This document shows positions 39,925-51,249 of a stretch of DNA of 64,000 nucleotides, piece after piece. Position 1 is the stretch's first letter; the number at the start of each line of letters is the position of its first letter. The translations under genes were made by a program, and so were the position numbers. Origin of the DNA: an uncultured Prevotella sp. GTDB taxonomy: Bacteria > Bacteroidota > Bacteroidia > Bacteroidales > Bacteroidaceae. The notes beneath the pieces are model-generated. The model saw nothing but the letters and a program-made list of their open reading frames with translations. It ran no database searches and was not told the origin of the DNA. The stretch is taken from assembly GCA_944320675.1 (NCBI GenBank), contig CALUIJ010000110.1:1019-65018 (forward strand), in the 5' to 3' direction.

Positions 39925-42900
39925 CACAAGTCCACGTCCGTGGCAATTCTTGAACTTCTTGCCGCTACCGCACGGACATGGGTCGTTGCGTCCCGGAAGT
40001 TTGTCCTTACGCACGGGTTGACGTTTAACATCTGCATTCTGACGAGTGTCTTGGCTTGCGGCCGCCTTCTGTCCGGGGTCGGTCAAGTCATCCTTCTGTT
40101 CCGTATAGCGTTGGCTTTTCTGTTCGGGAGCGGCCTCACGCACTTCCTCACGCTGTATTTCAGGTATCTGCGCACGCATCAGGATGCTGACAATACGGTT
40201 GTTCATTTGGTCAACCATGTCATCAAACAACTTAACACTCTCAAGCTTGAAAATCACCAATGGGTCTTTCTGCTCGTAAGAAGCATTCTGTACGCTGTGC
40301 TTCAGTTCGTCAAGCGCACGCAGATTTTCTTTCCAGCAATCGTCGATAATGTGCAACAGAATTGTCTTTTCAAACTGCTTTACGACACTCTTGCATTCCG
40401 TATCATAAGCTTCCTTAAGATTGCAAGGAATATTGTAAATCCTCTTACCGTCAGTAATAGGCACCATTATGCGCTCGTAACGGTCGCCCTGGTTCTCAAA
40501 CACCTCTTTGATGACCGGCCAACCTACGGCCTGTATGCGGTCCGTCTTACGCTTGAAGTCAGCCATAACAATTTGGAACGCCTTTTCCGACAGCGCGTCG
40601 TGGCTTTCGTTCGTGAACTCCTCGAACGTGAACGGGCATTCCGTGGCAAGCACCTTAAGGAACGCATCCTTACATCCTTCGTAGTCGTTCTTGTCGATTA
40701 TCTCGACTACACGGTCCCAAATGATGTTGGTAATATCCATACCGATACGCTCACCCATAAGCGCATGGCGGCGTTTTTCGTAAACAACGGTGCGCTGTTT
40801 GTTCATCACGTCGTCGTATTCAAGCAGGCGCTTACGTATGCCGAAGTTGTTTTCCTCAACCTTCTTTTGTGCGCGCTCGATATTCTTGGTAATCATCGAA
40901 CTCTCGATGCGTTCGCCTTCCTTAAAACCGAGACGATCCATCACACGCGCAAGCCGCTCGCTTGCAAAAAGGCGCATCAGCTTGTCTTCAAGACTTACAT
41001 AGAACACCGAGCTGCCCGGGTCGCCTTGACGGCCTGCACGACCGCGCAACTGCCTGTCCACGCGACGGCTCTCATGGCGCTCGGTACCGATTATGGCCAG
41101 ACCTCCTGCCGCCTTCACCTCGGGCGACAGCTTAATGTCGGTACCACGACCGGCCATGTTCGTCGCAATGGTTACGGCTCCAAGTAATTTTTCCTCAGTA
41201 TGGGTCGTGCCGTCAGCGTCGGTTACAGTCACCTTGCCGAGAGTGCTTTGTCCTGCTTCGGCCACGATGTTAGCCTCTTTCTGGTGAAGCTTGGCGTTCA
41301 ACACGTTATGCGGAATGTGGCGCATCTGGAGCATTTTGCTCAACAGTTCGGATATTTCAACCGACGTCGTACCGACAAGACAAGGACGCCCTGAATTGCG
41401 CATGGCCTCGATTTCCTCGATCACGGCATTATACTTCTCGCGCGCAGTCTTGTAGACGCGGTCGTCCATGTCGTTACGTACAACCGGCTTGTTTGTCGGT
41501 ATCTCAACCACGTCAAGCTTGTAAATATCCCAAAACTCTCCGGCCTCTGTTATGGCAGTACCCGTCATACCAGCCAATTTATGGTACATACGGAAATAGT
41601 TCTGCAAAGTTATCGTCGCAAAAGTCTGAGTGGCTTCCTTAACCTTTACATGCTCCTTAGCCTCGATGGCCTGATGCAGTCCGTCGCTCCATTGGCGGCC
41701 TTCCATGATACGGCCGGTCTGTTCGTCGACGATCTTCACCTCGCCGTCCATGACGACATACTCGTCATCCTTGTTGAACATTGTATAAGCCTTGAGCAAC
41801 TGGTGCAGCGTATGCACACGCTCGCTCTGCACGGAGTAATGGTTCAGCAGCTGGTCCTTCTTGTCAAGACGCTGCTGGTCGTCAAGATCGGTCTCGTTTT
41901 CAAGGGCAGACAACTGCGAAGTTATGTCAGGAAGCACGAACAGCTCCCTGTCATTCACTTGATTGGCGAGCCACTCCGTACCCTTATCCGTAAGGTCAAC
42001 CGAGTTAAGTTTCTCGTCGACAACGAAATACAAAGGCTCTACGGCCTCAGGCATACGGCGGTTGTTGTTCTCCATGTAAACTTCCTCGGTCTTAAGCATT
42101 CCGGCCTTTATGCCTTCCTCTGAAAGGTATTTGATGAGCGGCTTGTTCTTAGGCAGGGCCTTATGCGAGCGGTAAAGGCTCAGGAAGCCTTCATCCTGAA
42201 GTTTCTGGTCGTTCTTCTCGCGGCCTTCGGTAATCTTCTGTTTCGCGTCGGCAAGATATTGGGTAGCCAATTTGCGCTGCACGTCGACAAGACGCTCAAC
42301 CAACGGCTGATATTCCTCAAACATCTGGTCGTCGCCGTTAGGCACGGGGCCTGAGATAATAAGAGGTGTACGGGCATCGTCGATCAACACAGAGTCAACC
42401 TCGTCGACGATCGCGTAATTATGCCTGCGCTGCACCAAGTCGGCCGGCGATACGGCCATGTTGTCACGAAGATAATCGAAACCAAACTCATTGTTCGTTC
42501 CGAAAGTGATGTCAGCCTGGTAAGCCCTACGCCGCTGGGCGGTGTTAGGCCTATGCTTGTCTATACAATCAACTGAAAGGCCGTTGAACTCATAAAGGGG
42601 GCCCATCCACTCAGAGTCACGCTTGGCGAGGTAATCATTGACCGTAACCACATGTACGCCGTTGCCTGTCAAGGCGTTCAAGAACACAGGCAACGTAGCG
42701 ACGAGGGTCTTACCTTCACCGGTAGCCATCTCGGCTATTTTTCCCTGATGCAGGACTACGCCGCCGAACAACTGGACGTCATAATGCACCATGTTCCACT
42801 TCATGTCGTTGCCTCCGGCCATCCAATGGTTGCTGTAAATGGCCTTGTCGCCCTCTATGCGCACAAAATCCTTCGTGATTGAAAGTTCGCGGTCAAAGTC

Positions 42901-43296
42901 GTTAGCCGTAACTACGACTTCGTCGTTCTCGGCGAATCGGCGCGCCGTATCCTTCATAATGCTGAAGGCCACGGGCAAAACCTCGTTCAATGATTTCTCG
43001 TATATGTCAAGAACCTCCTTGTCAAGCTTGTCAATTTGGTCGAATATGGTCTCGCGTTCGTCGATAGGAGTATCTTCTATCTTAGCCTTAAGCTCCTCTA
43101 TTTGTTTCTTTTGCTCGGCGGCTGAATCCTGGACATACCGTTGTATCTCCTTCGTCTTGGCGCGCAGCGCGTCGTTGTCGAGCGCCTTGATCTCTGGATA
43201 AGCAGCCTTTATCTTCTCGACTACAGGCTGTATAAGCTTCATGTCCCTCGTTGATTTGTCACCGAAAAGAGACTTCAAGAAATTGTTAAAACCCAT
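39922..43296 (-). CDS. secA: Preprotein translocase SecA
   Basis: [41 protein letters not shown] motif; -7 box at 43340-43347. Confidence 0.98.
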   Translation of the reverse strand: MGFNNFLKSLFGDKSTRDMKLIQPVVEKIKAAYPEIKALDNDALRAKTKEIQRYVQDSAAEQKKQIEELKAKIEDTPIDERETIFDQIDKLDKEVLDIYEKSLNEVLPVAFSIMKDTARRFAENDEVVVTANDFDRELSITKDFVRIEGDKAIYSNHWMAGGNDMKWNMVHYDVQLFGGVVLHQGKIAEMATGEGKTLVATLPVFLNALTGNGVHVVTVNDYLAKRDSEWMGPLYEFNGLSVDCIDKHRPNTAQRRRAYQADITFGTNNEFGFDYLRDNMAVSPADLVQRRHNYAIVDEVDSVLIDDARTPLIISGPVPNGDDQMFEEYQPLVERLVDVQRKLATQYLADAKQKITEGREKNDQKLQDEGFLSLYRSHKALPKNKPLIKYLSEEGIKAGMLKTEEVYMENNNRRMPEAVEPLYFVVDEKLNSVDLTDKGTEWLANQVNDRELFVLPDITSQLSALENETDLDDQQRLDKKDQLLNHYSVQSERVHTLHQLLKAYTMFNKDDEYVVMDGEVKIVDEQTGRIMEGRQWSDGLHQAIEAKEHVKVKEATQTFATITLQNYFRMYHKLAGMTGTAITEAGEFWDIYKLDVVEIPTNKPVVRNDMDDRVYKTAREKYNAVIEEIEAMRNSGRPCLVGTTSVEISELLSKMLQMRHIPHNVLNAKLHQKEANIVAEAGQSTLGKVTVTDADGTTHTEEKLLGAVTIATNMAGRGTDIKLSPEVKAAGGLAIIGTERHESRRVDRQLRGRAGRQGDPGSSVFYVSLEDKLMRLFASERLARVMDRLGFKEGERIESSMITKNIERAQKKVEENNFGIRKRLLEYDDVMNKQRTVVYEKRRHALMGERIGMDITNIIWDRVVEIIDKNDYEGCKDAFLKVLATECPFTFEEFTNESHDALSEKAFQIVMADFKRKTDRIQAVGWPVIKEVFENQGDRYERIMVPITDGKRIYNIPCNLKEAYDTECKSVVKQFEKTILLHIIDDCWKENLRALDELKHSVQNASYEQKDPLVIFKLESVKLFDDMVDQMNNRIVSILMRAQIPEIQREEVREAAPEQKSQRYTEQKDDLTDPGQKAAASQDTRQNADVKRQPVRKDKLPGRNDPCPCGSGKKFKNCHGRGLV

Positions 43297-43430
43297 ATTA
43301 TATTTAAAATTCTTCTGATTAGTTAATTTAATTTTTATGCAAAAGTAGTGATTTTATCCGTTAAACCGGACTTGTTTTTGCACTTTCGCCTTATTTTCAC
43401 TTATTTTTCACCATAAACGGCCACCTATTT

Positions 43431-44870
43431 TTAATATAAAGGCGCCACGGAACATGCATTCGGCGCACGTATCCGTACCGACTTGGCGACCGTCGGCGCT
43501 ATCCTGTCTACCGTGACAGGCGTCGATATCTCCTTGGCCGTTATGCCGGCACCGTAGAATATCAAAGGGAACGGCATAAGGCTTTCCTTTGACGTGTACT
43601 GGTGGAACTTCTCCTCGTTAAGCAATTGCCAACCCGGCAGAAGCTCGATTATTATGTCTCCGCAATTGTTAGGATAAAACCAATTGCGCAACCTTGAACT
43701 ATTCTTGTCGCCTGAGAGCAACAGGTTCTTGCTGGTGAACACGTTGCCCACTCCCGACAATTGCATCAGGAAAGTCTGCGCCCTGCTCAACAGTTCGCTC
43801 GTATTGATGCGCTTTTGCTCAATCTGCCTTATGTTAAGGAACAGCTGGTTGTAAAAACAGCTTTCCACATACTTGTCCTGCCCGTATATCGCCCCGAGGT
43901 ACATGTTGAGCAGGTTGGCGTTGCGGTCCATCCTGAACGTCCCGTTCGGTATGCGGTACTTCTTATAGTCAACCTCAGCCTCGTCGCAATAGCCAGTGCT
44001 CGTAATTATAAAAAGCACATTGCTCTTGCCCACCCTGCTCTCTATAGTGGAAGTCAGCCTGTCAAGTTCCTTGTCTATCCTGACATACTTGTCCAAAAGC
44101 TTTTCCTTGTCAAGCTTTTCGTCCTTGATAGGCACTTTCGCGTCATAAGTAAGCGACAACATGTCAGTGACATAATCCGCGCCCATGCCCGTAGACTCTA
44201 TGCAATGCAGCGCAAGGTCGGTGATGTTGGCGTTGTCGTTACCGTCGGCAAGCATGTTGATGTTCGTCAGGTTGTACGACTCGAGCCATTTCGGCGCACG
44301 CTTGAAATAATACTTTGACGAGCACCAGCAGCTCGCGCCTTCGTTGAACCATAGGGCACCGTCGGCGGCATGTCCGCCGCCTATTACGGCGGCATCGCGG
44401 TCAATGGCAATGCTGTAAACTATTGCGGCCCCGTCGGAGGCAATCTTAAGTTCGTCGTTGACGGTCGTCGTGGCAATGTTCTTAGGCGAAGTCCTTTCAT
44501 CGGTGAATATGCCTTCGTAATCGTGGTCGTCAACGCAGTCGACCTGCACCAAAGAGCCTTTGTCCAACCACGTGAAGCCCGTTATGCCGTTGTTCGACGG
44601 CGACGTGCCCGTCATTATCGAAGCTATCGACGAAGCGCGGTCGACAGGGGCAAACGTATATTGGGCGTTGCAGTAAACAACGCCTTGCTGCAGAAGCTTC
44701 TTGAACCCGTCGTTGCCATACGACGGCATGAAAGCCTCCACGTAATCGGAACGCAACTGGTCGATGGCGATGTTGACGACAAGCCTTGGCACAGGCCGCG
44801 ACACTTGGGCACCGGCAACACCACCCGCAACGACGGCCAATATCGTAGCCGTTATATATTTGTTTATCAT
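43431..44870 (-). CDS. Alkaline phosphatase family protein (PafA-like, possibly degenerate)
   Basis: PRLVVNIAIDQLRSDY, TGTSPSNNGI; start reassigned to MINKY at 44870. Confidence 0.8.
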   Translation of the reverse strand: MINKYITATILAVVAGGVAGAQVSRPVPRLVVNIAIDQLRSDYVEAFMPSYGNDGFKKLLQQGVVYCNAQYTFAPVDRASSIASIMTGTSPSNNGITGFTWLDKGSLVQVDCVDDHDYEGIFTDERTSPKNIATTTVNDELKIASDGAAIVYSIAIDRDAAVIGGGHAADGALWFNEGASCWCSSKYYFKRAPKWLESYNLTNINMLADGNDNANITDLALHCIESTGMGADYVTDMLSLTYDAKVPIKDEKLDKEKLLDKYVRIDKELDRLTSTIESRVGKSNVLFIITSTGYCDEAEVDYKKYRIPNGTFRMDRNANLLNMYLGAIYGQDKYVESCFYNQLFLNIRQIEQKRINTSELLSRAQTFLMQLSGVGNVFTSKNLLLSGDKNSSRLRNWFYPNNCGDIIIELLPGWQLLNEEKFHQYTSKESLMPFPLIFYGAGITAKEISTPVTVDRIAPTVAKSVRIRAPNACSVAPLY

Positions 44871-44871
44871 C

Positions 44872-46083
44872 TCAAGCTGATAAATATTTCTTTTGGTAAA
44901 TAATATTCCACACACTCCTTGCCAGCAAAGATAATGCCAAAACATACATGCCCTCGGCATATTGTTGGAAAAATCCGCCGGCGAAGAACAGCAAAATTGA
45001 TACAACCGACCATTCCCAGAATTTGTCGGCACGCTTTCCCACGGCGTTTCGGGCCACCCTATAGGCGAAAAACAGCGGAAGGGGATTCAGCAGGAATATC
45101 TGCAAGTTAGTGCTCGTTGCCGGATGCTCTGAAAAGAACATCATGAAAACGACCAAGCCCAAACACCCGTCGAGAACCATCAACACTGTGTCAAACGCCC
45201 ATAGTTTCCTCTTTGTCAAGGCCTCCACCGACACAAATACCACGACAATGGCGAAAACCCCCCATGCGCACGCCGACGGGCGTAATGGGAAGCCGCCACC
45301 GGAAGCCTCCGACGGGCAATCCACCACGCATGAGCTACTGACGACAAGCGGAACCTCAGTGCCGTCGGGATTCCCGACAACAGCCCTGTCGAAATCTTCT
45401 TTCAGGAGAAACGGCAGGAACTGGTGCTCGCTGAGGGATGTCGGCCTGTCGGCCTTGGCACCGAGGAGAATGTCGTTGCCGAAGCGGGCCCACGGATATT
45501 CCTTATTATATTCATGTATAAGTTCCCTGTATGACGGATACCGGCTTTTCGCCCCGCGAAAAGATACGGGGCGGTCCATGTGGTCAAGCAATATGTCGCG
45601 TGCGCGCGTAGTACAATTATCATAGAAGTAATTATACCGGTAAGTCCTGTTCTGCGGAAGATAATTCACTTCAATCGCATCGCGTATGACCATCTTCTCA
45701 GCCGGCGTAAGGGCAAGCTCCTGCTGGTATACCGAACGGCCTTCCTTACCATATTCCATACAGAAATAATCAAACGGCACCATCCCCATCTCATAATCAG
45801 TAACACCAAAGATGAACCTTAATATGAAGAAAGGTTTGCCGAACGAGAATATGCCGTAATTGACGGCTACGTCTATGCCCTTATGATAGTCGGTGTACCT
45901 TATCGCCGTATGTCCGTAAAGACTATAAACCTCGCTGCCCGGCGAACAAGTCAACAAGCTTATTTTCACCGAATCGAGCCCAATTGAGTCCCTGCTTACA
46001 TGATCGACGGCACGCATCCCGCTGACATTCAGTGAGATAAGGCACAAAGCCGACAGCATAATGATATGTCTCACGAGTTTCAC
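44872..46083 (-). CDS. DUF4105 / Lnb-like membrane protein (start uncertain)
   Basis: SLLTCSPG, YGHTAIR, YNYFYDNCTTR, C-terminal TM helices; -7 box at 46088-46095 argues against the 46119 start. Confidence 0.8.
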   Translation of the reverse strand: MKLVRHIIMLSALCLISLNVSGMRAVDHVSRDSIGLDSVKISLLTCSPGSEVYSLYGHTAIRYTDYHKGIDVAVNYGIFSFGKPFFILRFIFGVTDYEMGMVPFDYFCMEYGKEGRSVYQQELALTPAEKMVIRDAIEVNYLPQNRTYRYNYFYDNCTTRARDILLDHMDRPVSFRGAKSRYPSYRELIHEYNKEYPWARFGNDILLGAKADRPTSLSEHQFLPFLLKEDFDRAVVGNPDGTEVPLVVSSSCVVDCPSEASGGGFPLRPSACAWGVFAIVVVFVSVEALTKRKLWAFDTVLMVLDGCLGLVVFMMFFSEHPATSTNLQIFLLNPLPLFFAYRVARNAVGKRADKFWEWSVVSILLFFAGGFFQQYAEGMYVLALSLLARSVWNIIYQKKYLSA

Positions 46084-46265
46084 GCTGCAAAAATAGTTCA
46101 TATTTCTCATTTGGCGCACTAATATTTCAAAAAAATCAATAATTTTACCATCCGGAAACGAATTGATACGGCTACGACCTTCCAGCCGTGGCCGCCCGCT
46201 TCAAGCCTTCCGTTGAACCACGCATTAAGACACAACCGATAACAACCTGTGTGTCAACGGATTAT

Positions 46266-46375
46266 GCACAAGCAAGCGAAAAACGGCCTTTCAGCGTGCA
46301 AAAGCTTACCTTTCAAAACACGAAAAGCCGCCTATTGCACGCTAAAAGGTAACCTTTTACGCCACGCAAGCCCAC
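46266..46375. repeat. Degenerate 22-bp tandem array
   Basis: CTTTCAGCGTGCAAAAGCTTAC, CTTTCAAAACACGAAAAGCCGC, CTATTGCACGCTAAAAGGTAAC, CTTTTACGCCACGCAAGCCCAC. Confidence 0.7.
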
Positions 46376-46639
46376 CGGCCATCCACGCACGGCAGGACAA
46401 GGCAGTCAAAAGCGGCCCTGCCTGCGACGCTGCAAGCAGGCGCAGGCAGAGGTAAAGGCTCCACGGCCGGGCCGTCCCGGCAGCGGCAAACCCGCACGCA
46501 CACATGCCTGAATCGCCGGCTTTTTATTTATTTAACGGCATATATAGCGTGCGGATTTGGATTTTTCAGAAAAAATGCCCACCTTTGCAGACGTTTTTTA
46601 GTCCCATAGGGCTTCAACTGCATATATTTAAAGTAAAAG

Positions 46640-47944
46640 ATGGTTTTTTATAAAAAGATAATCAGCACGGTTACGTTAGGCTCGCTTTGCGTGGCGCCGG
46701 CCATAGCCCAAAGTGGCACGAACTCGCCTTACAGCCAATACGGATTAGGACAGCTGAGCGAGCAGACAAGCGGATTCAACCGTGGAATGAACGGTTTGGG
46801 ATTAGGTTTCAGGGAACACAACCAAATAAACTACATAAACCCGGCGTCATATTCCGCCATAGACTCCCTGACGTTCATCTTCGACGCAGGTCTCTCAGGC
46901 CAAATAACAAACTTCAGCGAAAACGGACAAAAGAAGAACGCCAACAACGCCGACTTCGAATACGCCGTGGCGGGATTCCGCGTGGCAAAGCACCTCGGCG
47001 TCAGCTTCGGAGTCATACCGTTCACCAACGTAGGATACAACTATTCGATAAGCGACTATCTCGACGGCAACAAGAACACCATCTACACAAACACGTACGA
47101 CGGCAGCGGCGGCATCCACCAAGTTTACTTCGGCGCAGGATGGGAATTCGTCAAGGGACTCTCCGTCGGTGCCAACGTGTCCTACCTGTGGGGCGACATC
47201 GACCGCTCCGTCGTAAACAGCTACAGCGACGGCTACATTAACACCCTCTCAAAATACTATACGGCCACGGTCAGCAGTTACAAGCTTGACTTCGGCCTGC
47301 AATACGAGTTCAACCTGAACAAGAGGAACTCGCTTACGCTCGGCCTTACGTACGGACTTGGGCACAAGCTGAACGCCGACCCTACGTGCATGATTATTTC
47401 GATGAACACCACGACAGCCGTTGCCGACACCACATCGTACACGGTCAACAACGGGCTTGAGATACCAACGTCGCTCGGGGGCGGACTGGCATGGAACCAC
47501 CGCAACAAGCTGAAGCTGGGAGCCGACTTCACATACCAAAAATGGGGCGACACGAAATTTCCCGTCTACAGCGTTAACAACGACGTTCCTTCTTACAGCC
47601 TGAACGACAAGTATTATTCCGACCGCTACAAAGTGACGTTCGGCGGGGAATTCTGCAACAACGAGCTGAGCCGCAACTTCTTCGACCGCATACGCTTCCG
47701 CGCGGGCGCGTCTTACGCATCGTCTTATTATAAGGTAAACGGCCTGGACGGCCCTGACGAGGTCAGTGTCAGCGTAGGCTTCGGCATACCCATCGTCAAC
47801 TCATACAACAACCGCTCCATACTGAACATTTCAGGCCAGTGGGTGCACTCGGCCGCTGAAGGACTGCTCACGGAGAACACGTTCCGCATAAACATCGGAA
47901 TAACCTTCAACGAGCGTTGGTTCATGAAATGGAAAGTTGATTGA
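46640..47944 (+). CDS. Outer-membrane beta-barrel protein (FadL-like)
   Basis: Signal peptide, NSPYSQYGLG, INPASYS, C-terminal ITFNERWF; TTTG-N20-CACCTTTG promoter at 46556-46587. Confidence 0.75.
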   Translation: MVFYKKIISTVTLGSLCVAPAIAQSGTNSPYSQYGLGQLSEQTSGFNRGMNGLGLGFREHNQINYINPASYSAIDSLTFIFDAGLSGQITNFSENGQKKNANNADFEYAVAGFRVAKHLGVSFGVIPFTNVGYNYSISDYLDGNKNTIYTNTYDGSGGIHQVYFGAGWEFVKGLSVGANVSYLWGDIDRSVVNSYSDGYINTLSKYYTATVSSYKLDFGLQYEFNLNKRNSLTLGLTYGLGHKLNADPTCMIISMNTTTAVADTTSYTVNNGLEIPTSLGGGLAWNHRNKLKLGADFTYQKWGDTKFPVYSVNNDVPSYSLNDKYYSDRYKVTFGGEFCNNELSRNFFDRIRFRAGASYASSYYKVNGLDGPDEVSVSVGFGIPIVNSYNNRSILNISGQWVHSAAEGLLTENTFRINIGITFNERWFMKWKVD

Positions 47945-47966
47945 TTCGGCTTAACACGTCAGCACC

Positions 47967-48602
47967 TTGAAACCAAAATTCCACATATTCGCTCTTGCGT
48001 TTGCCGCAGCCGCATGCCAGGAAGGCCGCGAGCATACGGCTCCCGCCGTCAACCCGAGGGATTCAGTCTCAATGATGGTATCATACGGTGTCAACACCCT
48101 CGTTTCCGACTCAGGCATGATGAAATACCGCATCGTAGCCGAATGTTGGGAGGTGAACCAAGCCAGGAACCCTTCACGCTGGATATTCGAGAAAGGACTG
48201 TTTCTTGAACAGTTTGACGAGAAATTCCACGTAGAGGCCTACATCCAGTGCGACACGGCTTACTATTTCGACCAAAAGAAACTATGGGAGCTGAGGGGAC
48301 GTGTGCGCATAAGGACAATCGACGGGCTACGCTTCGCAAGCGAGGAATTATACTGGGACCAGAACAAACATGAACTTTACAGTTACAAATACTCGCGCCT
48401 CGTCACTCCCGACAGGGAAATGGAAGGCACGTATTTCCTCAGCGACGAACGCATGACGCACTACACCATAACCAATTCGAAAGGCTCGTTCGTAAAGGGC
48501 GGCATGGGCAACGCCGAGGGCGACAGCATCCTGGCCGCACCGGACACGGTAAAGGCGAAAAAACGTTTGCCCACCACTCCGTCAGCAAAGAAAACACAAT
48601 GA
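47967..48602 (+). CDS. lptC: LPS export periplasmic protein LptC
   Basis: TTG start, lipoprotein-like AAAC, SDSG, ELYWDQ motifs typical of Bacteroidetes LptC. Confidence 0.75.
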   Translation: MKPKFHIFALAFAAAACQEGREHTAPAVNPRDSVSMMVSYGVNTLVSDSGMMKYRIVAECWEVNQARNPSRWIFEKGLFLEQFDEKFHVEAYIQCDTAYYFDQKKLWELRGRVRIRTIDGLRFASEELYWDQNKHELYSYKYSRLVTPDREMEGTYFLSDERMTHYTITNSKGSFVKGGMGNAEGDSILAAPDTVKAKKRLPTTPSAKKTQ

Positions 48603-48751
48603 AAAATGCGTCATAAAGCGCTTAAAACCAACAACGAAGAAAGTTTTTAACAGAAAAATAATTGTTTTTATTTTCTTTTTTGTAATTTTGTGCGCTAAAT
48701 AATCAAAGCATCCGTATCAAGAAAATAATTAAAAAATAAATAATTGTAATA

Positions 48752-50893
48752 ATGGCAGTTTTAGGAAAAATCAGGAGCAAAGGCGTAATCCTCATCTGTG
48801 TCATAGGATTCGCCCTTTTTGCGTTTATTGCCGAAGAGTTCTTCCGTTCTTGCGATGCCGCAAGCAATGAGAGAAGAGCGCAAGTAGGCGAAGTTTTAGG
48901 TGACAAAGTCAATGTGCAAGACTTCCAGAAACTCGTTGACGAGTACACGAACGTCATCAGAATGACACAAGGACGCGACAACCTCACGGACGAAGAGCTC
49001 AACCAAGTGAAGGACGTCGTATGGAACACTTTCGTACAGAACGAAATCATCAACCACGAGGCTGAGAAACTCGGCCTCAAGGTCACCGACCAGGAATTGC
49101 AGAACGTGCTGAACGCCGGAACCAACCCGATGCTGCTCCAGACACCGTTCGTAAACCAGCAGACCGGACGTTTCGACGCCAACCTGCTTAAACAGTTCCT
49201 CGCCGAATACAAGCAGGCGCAAGGAGCCAACCCGCAGATGGCCGACCAATACCGCAACCTTTACAACTTCTGGACATTCATCGAGAAGTCCTTGCGCCAA
49301 CAGCTTCTCGCACAGAAGTACCAGACGCTTTTCGCCGGATGCCTGCTCTCAAACCCCGTATCGGCCAAGATGGCTTACGACGGCGAGAACCAGGAAAGCA
49401 ACATACAGCTTGCAGCATTCCCCTACTCGTCGATCAACGACAACAAGGTGAAAATCAGCGACAGCGACCTCAAAGCGAAATACGAAGAGCTGAAACCGCG
49501 TTTCAAGCAGTATGAAGAAACACGCTCGATAAAATACGTTGAATACCAAGTAGTTCCTTCTGCAGCCGACCGCAAGGCCTTGGACAAGACCGTAAATGAA
49601 TACATGGCAGTCTTAAAAGACACGGCCGACCCCTCAGGCATAGTAAGAAAGAGCGGTTCGACGATAGCATTTCTCGGAATACCCCAAACAAAAGCAGCAT
49701 TCCCGAGGGACATCGCGGCACGTCTTGATTCTATAGCCGTCGGCTCTACCACATCGCCGGTCGAGAATAAGGCCGACAACACCCTTAACATCATCCGCCT
49801 CATCTCAAAGGCTGAAATGCCGGACTCAATACAATTCCGTGCCATACAAGTCGGCGGAGCAACCGCAGACGAGGCGGCAAAGAGGGCCGACAGCATTTAT
49901 GTAGCACTGCAGGGTGGAGCCGATTTCGAGACTGTCGCAAAGAAATACGGACAAACGGGCGAAAAGACATGGATTACTTCTGCGCAATACCAGAACGCAC
50001 CGTCAATGGACAACGATACAAAATCATATATCCAGTCGCTCAATACGCTCGGGCTCAACGAAACAAAGAACCTGAAGATGACCCAAGGCAATATCATTTT
50101 GCAAGTCACCGACAGGAGGGCGATGACAACCAAGTATGTAGCAGCCGTTATAAAGAAGCCTATCGAGTTCTCAAAGGACACCTATTCGGCTGCATACAAC
50201 AAGTTCAGCCGCTTCGTCAGCGAAAGCCAGACGCTTGAAGCCATGCAGAAGAACGCCTCTAAATACGGATTCACCGTAAGGGAGCGCAATGACGTACGCA
50301 ACTCAGAGCATTACGTAGCCGGCATCAGCGACACGCGCGAAGCAATGAAATGGCTTTTCGAAGCTGAAGAAAATGAGGTTTCACCGCTCTACGAGTGCGG
50401 CGAGAACGACCATCTGCTCGTTGTCGTATTGACTAAAATAAACGAGGAAGGGTTCCGTTCACTCGAAGACGAAAACGTTAAGAGCTACATCCGCAACGAA
50501 GTAATGCGTGACAAGAAAGCCGAAATGCTCTTGACCCAAGTCAAAGGCGTGAAAGACATTGCCGGCGCAAAGGCTAAAGGCGGAAAAGTTTCACCTGTCA
50601 ACCAAGTAACATTTGCCGCACCTGTTTTCGTCCAAGCAACAGGTATGAGCGAACCTGCCCTCAGCGGAGCTGTCGCAGCCACGGCTAAAGGTAAGTTCTG
50701 CACACAGGCTGTAAAGGGATACGGCGGTGTTTACATGTTCCAGGTTACTGACAAGAAGGCACGCTCCGTAAAATTCAATGAGAAAGAATACGAACAGCGC
50801 CAACGCCAGAGACTCATGCAATACGCTGGCAACTTCATGCAGGAGCTTTACATAAAGGCTGGCGTAAAAGACAACCGCTACATGTTCTTCTAA
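48752..50893 (+). CDS. PpiD-like peptidyl-prolyl isomerase (SurA N-terminal domain)
   Basis: MAVLGKIRSKG N-terminal anchor, ADSI...GADFETVAKKY rotamase-like region; TAATTTTG at 48683. Confidence 0.85.
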   Translation: MAVLGKIRSKGVILICVIGFALFAFIAEEFFRSCDAASNERRAQVGEVLGDKVNVQDFQKLVDEYTNVIRMTQGRDNLTDEELNQVKDVVWNTFVQNEIINHEAEKLGLKVTDQELQNVLNAGTNPMLLQTPFVNQQTGRFDANLLKQFLAEYKQAQGANPQMADQYRNLYNFWTFIEKSLRQQLLAQKYQTLFAGCLLSNPVSAKMAYDGENQESNIQLAAFPYSSINDNKVKISDSDLKAKYEELKPRFKQYEETRSIKYVEYQVVPSAADRKALDKTVNEYMAVLKDTADPSGIVRKSGSTIAFLGIPQTKAAFPRDIAARLDSIAVGSTTSPVENKADNTLNIIRLISKAEMPDSIQFRAIQVGGATADEAAKRADSIYVALQGGADFETVAKKYGQTGEKTWITSAQYQNAPSMDNDTKSYIQSLNTLGLNETKNLKMTQGNIILQVTDRRAMTTKYVAAVIKKPIEFSKDTYSAAYNKFSRFVSESQTLEAMQKNASKYGFTVRERNDVRNSEHYVAGISDTREAMKWLFEAEENEVSPLYECGENDHLLVVVLTKINEEGFRSLEDENVKSYIRNEVMRDKKAEMLLTQVKGVKDIAGAKAKGGKVSPVNQVTFAAPVFVQATGMSEPALSGAVAATAKGKFCTQAVKGYGGVYMFQVTDKKARSVKFNEKEYEQRQRQRLMQYAGNFMQELYIKAGVKDNRYMFF

Positions 50894-50911
50894 GCAAAAA
50901 GAATAAATAAT

Positions 50912-50963
50912 TAATAACAAGACGGCCGCATAAGAGAAATCTTACGCGGCCGTCTTGTTATTA
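50912..50963. terminator. Terminator hairpin
   Basis: TAATAACAAGACGGCCGC / GCGGCCGTCTTGTTATTA. Confidence 0.8.
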
Positions 50964-51249
50964 CGATGAACATACAATAATATAATATTCGCACTAAGGT
51001 TCGTTGACTAACCATAAAGCATCTTTATCCCAAACCGGTAATTATGCTTCAGCCCTATTTCGTACTGCCCAGACAGATATACTTCCTCTTTTTATAAAAG
51101 ACATAGCTGGACACATCAGGAAAACGGGAATCAAGATGCCGACAATCGTACGGAAGAACGTCGAAGAACCGGCAATAAATAGAAAATGCATGAATGGCAG
51201 CCTAATGACCTATTAGGTTTAACACCTAAACGAACCAATAAATATCCTC

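Noticed and set aside
39940-41187. Long antisense ORFs (also 1007-1918, 5756-6634, 27541-28590, 24423-25076)
   Set aside because: Shadows of well-supported genes on the opposite strand
46239-46265. 27-bp dyad resembling a tyrosine-recombinase site (similar stretch at 62507-62533)
   Set aside because: Symmetry is too weak to support, and no recombinase is in the window
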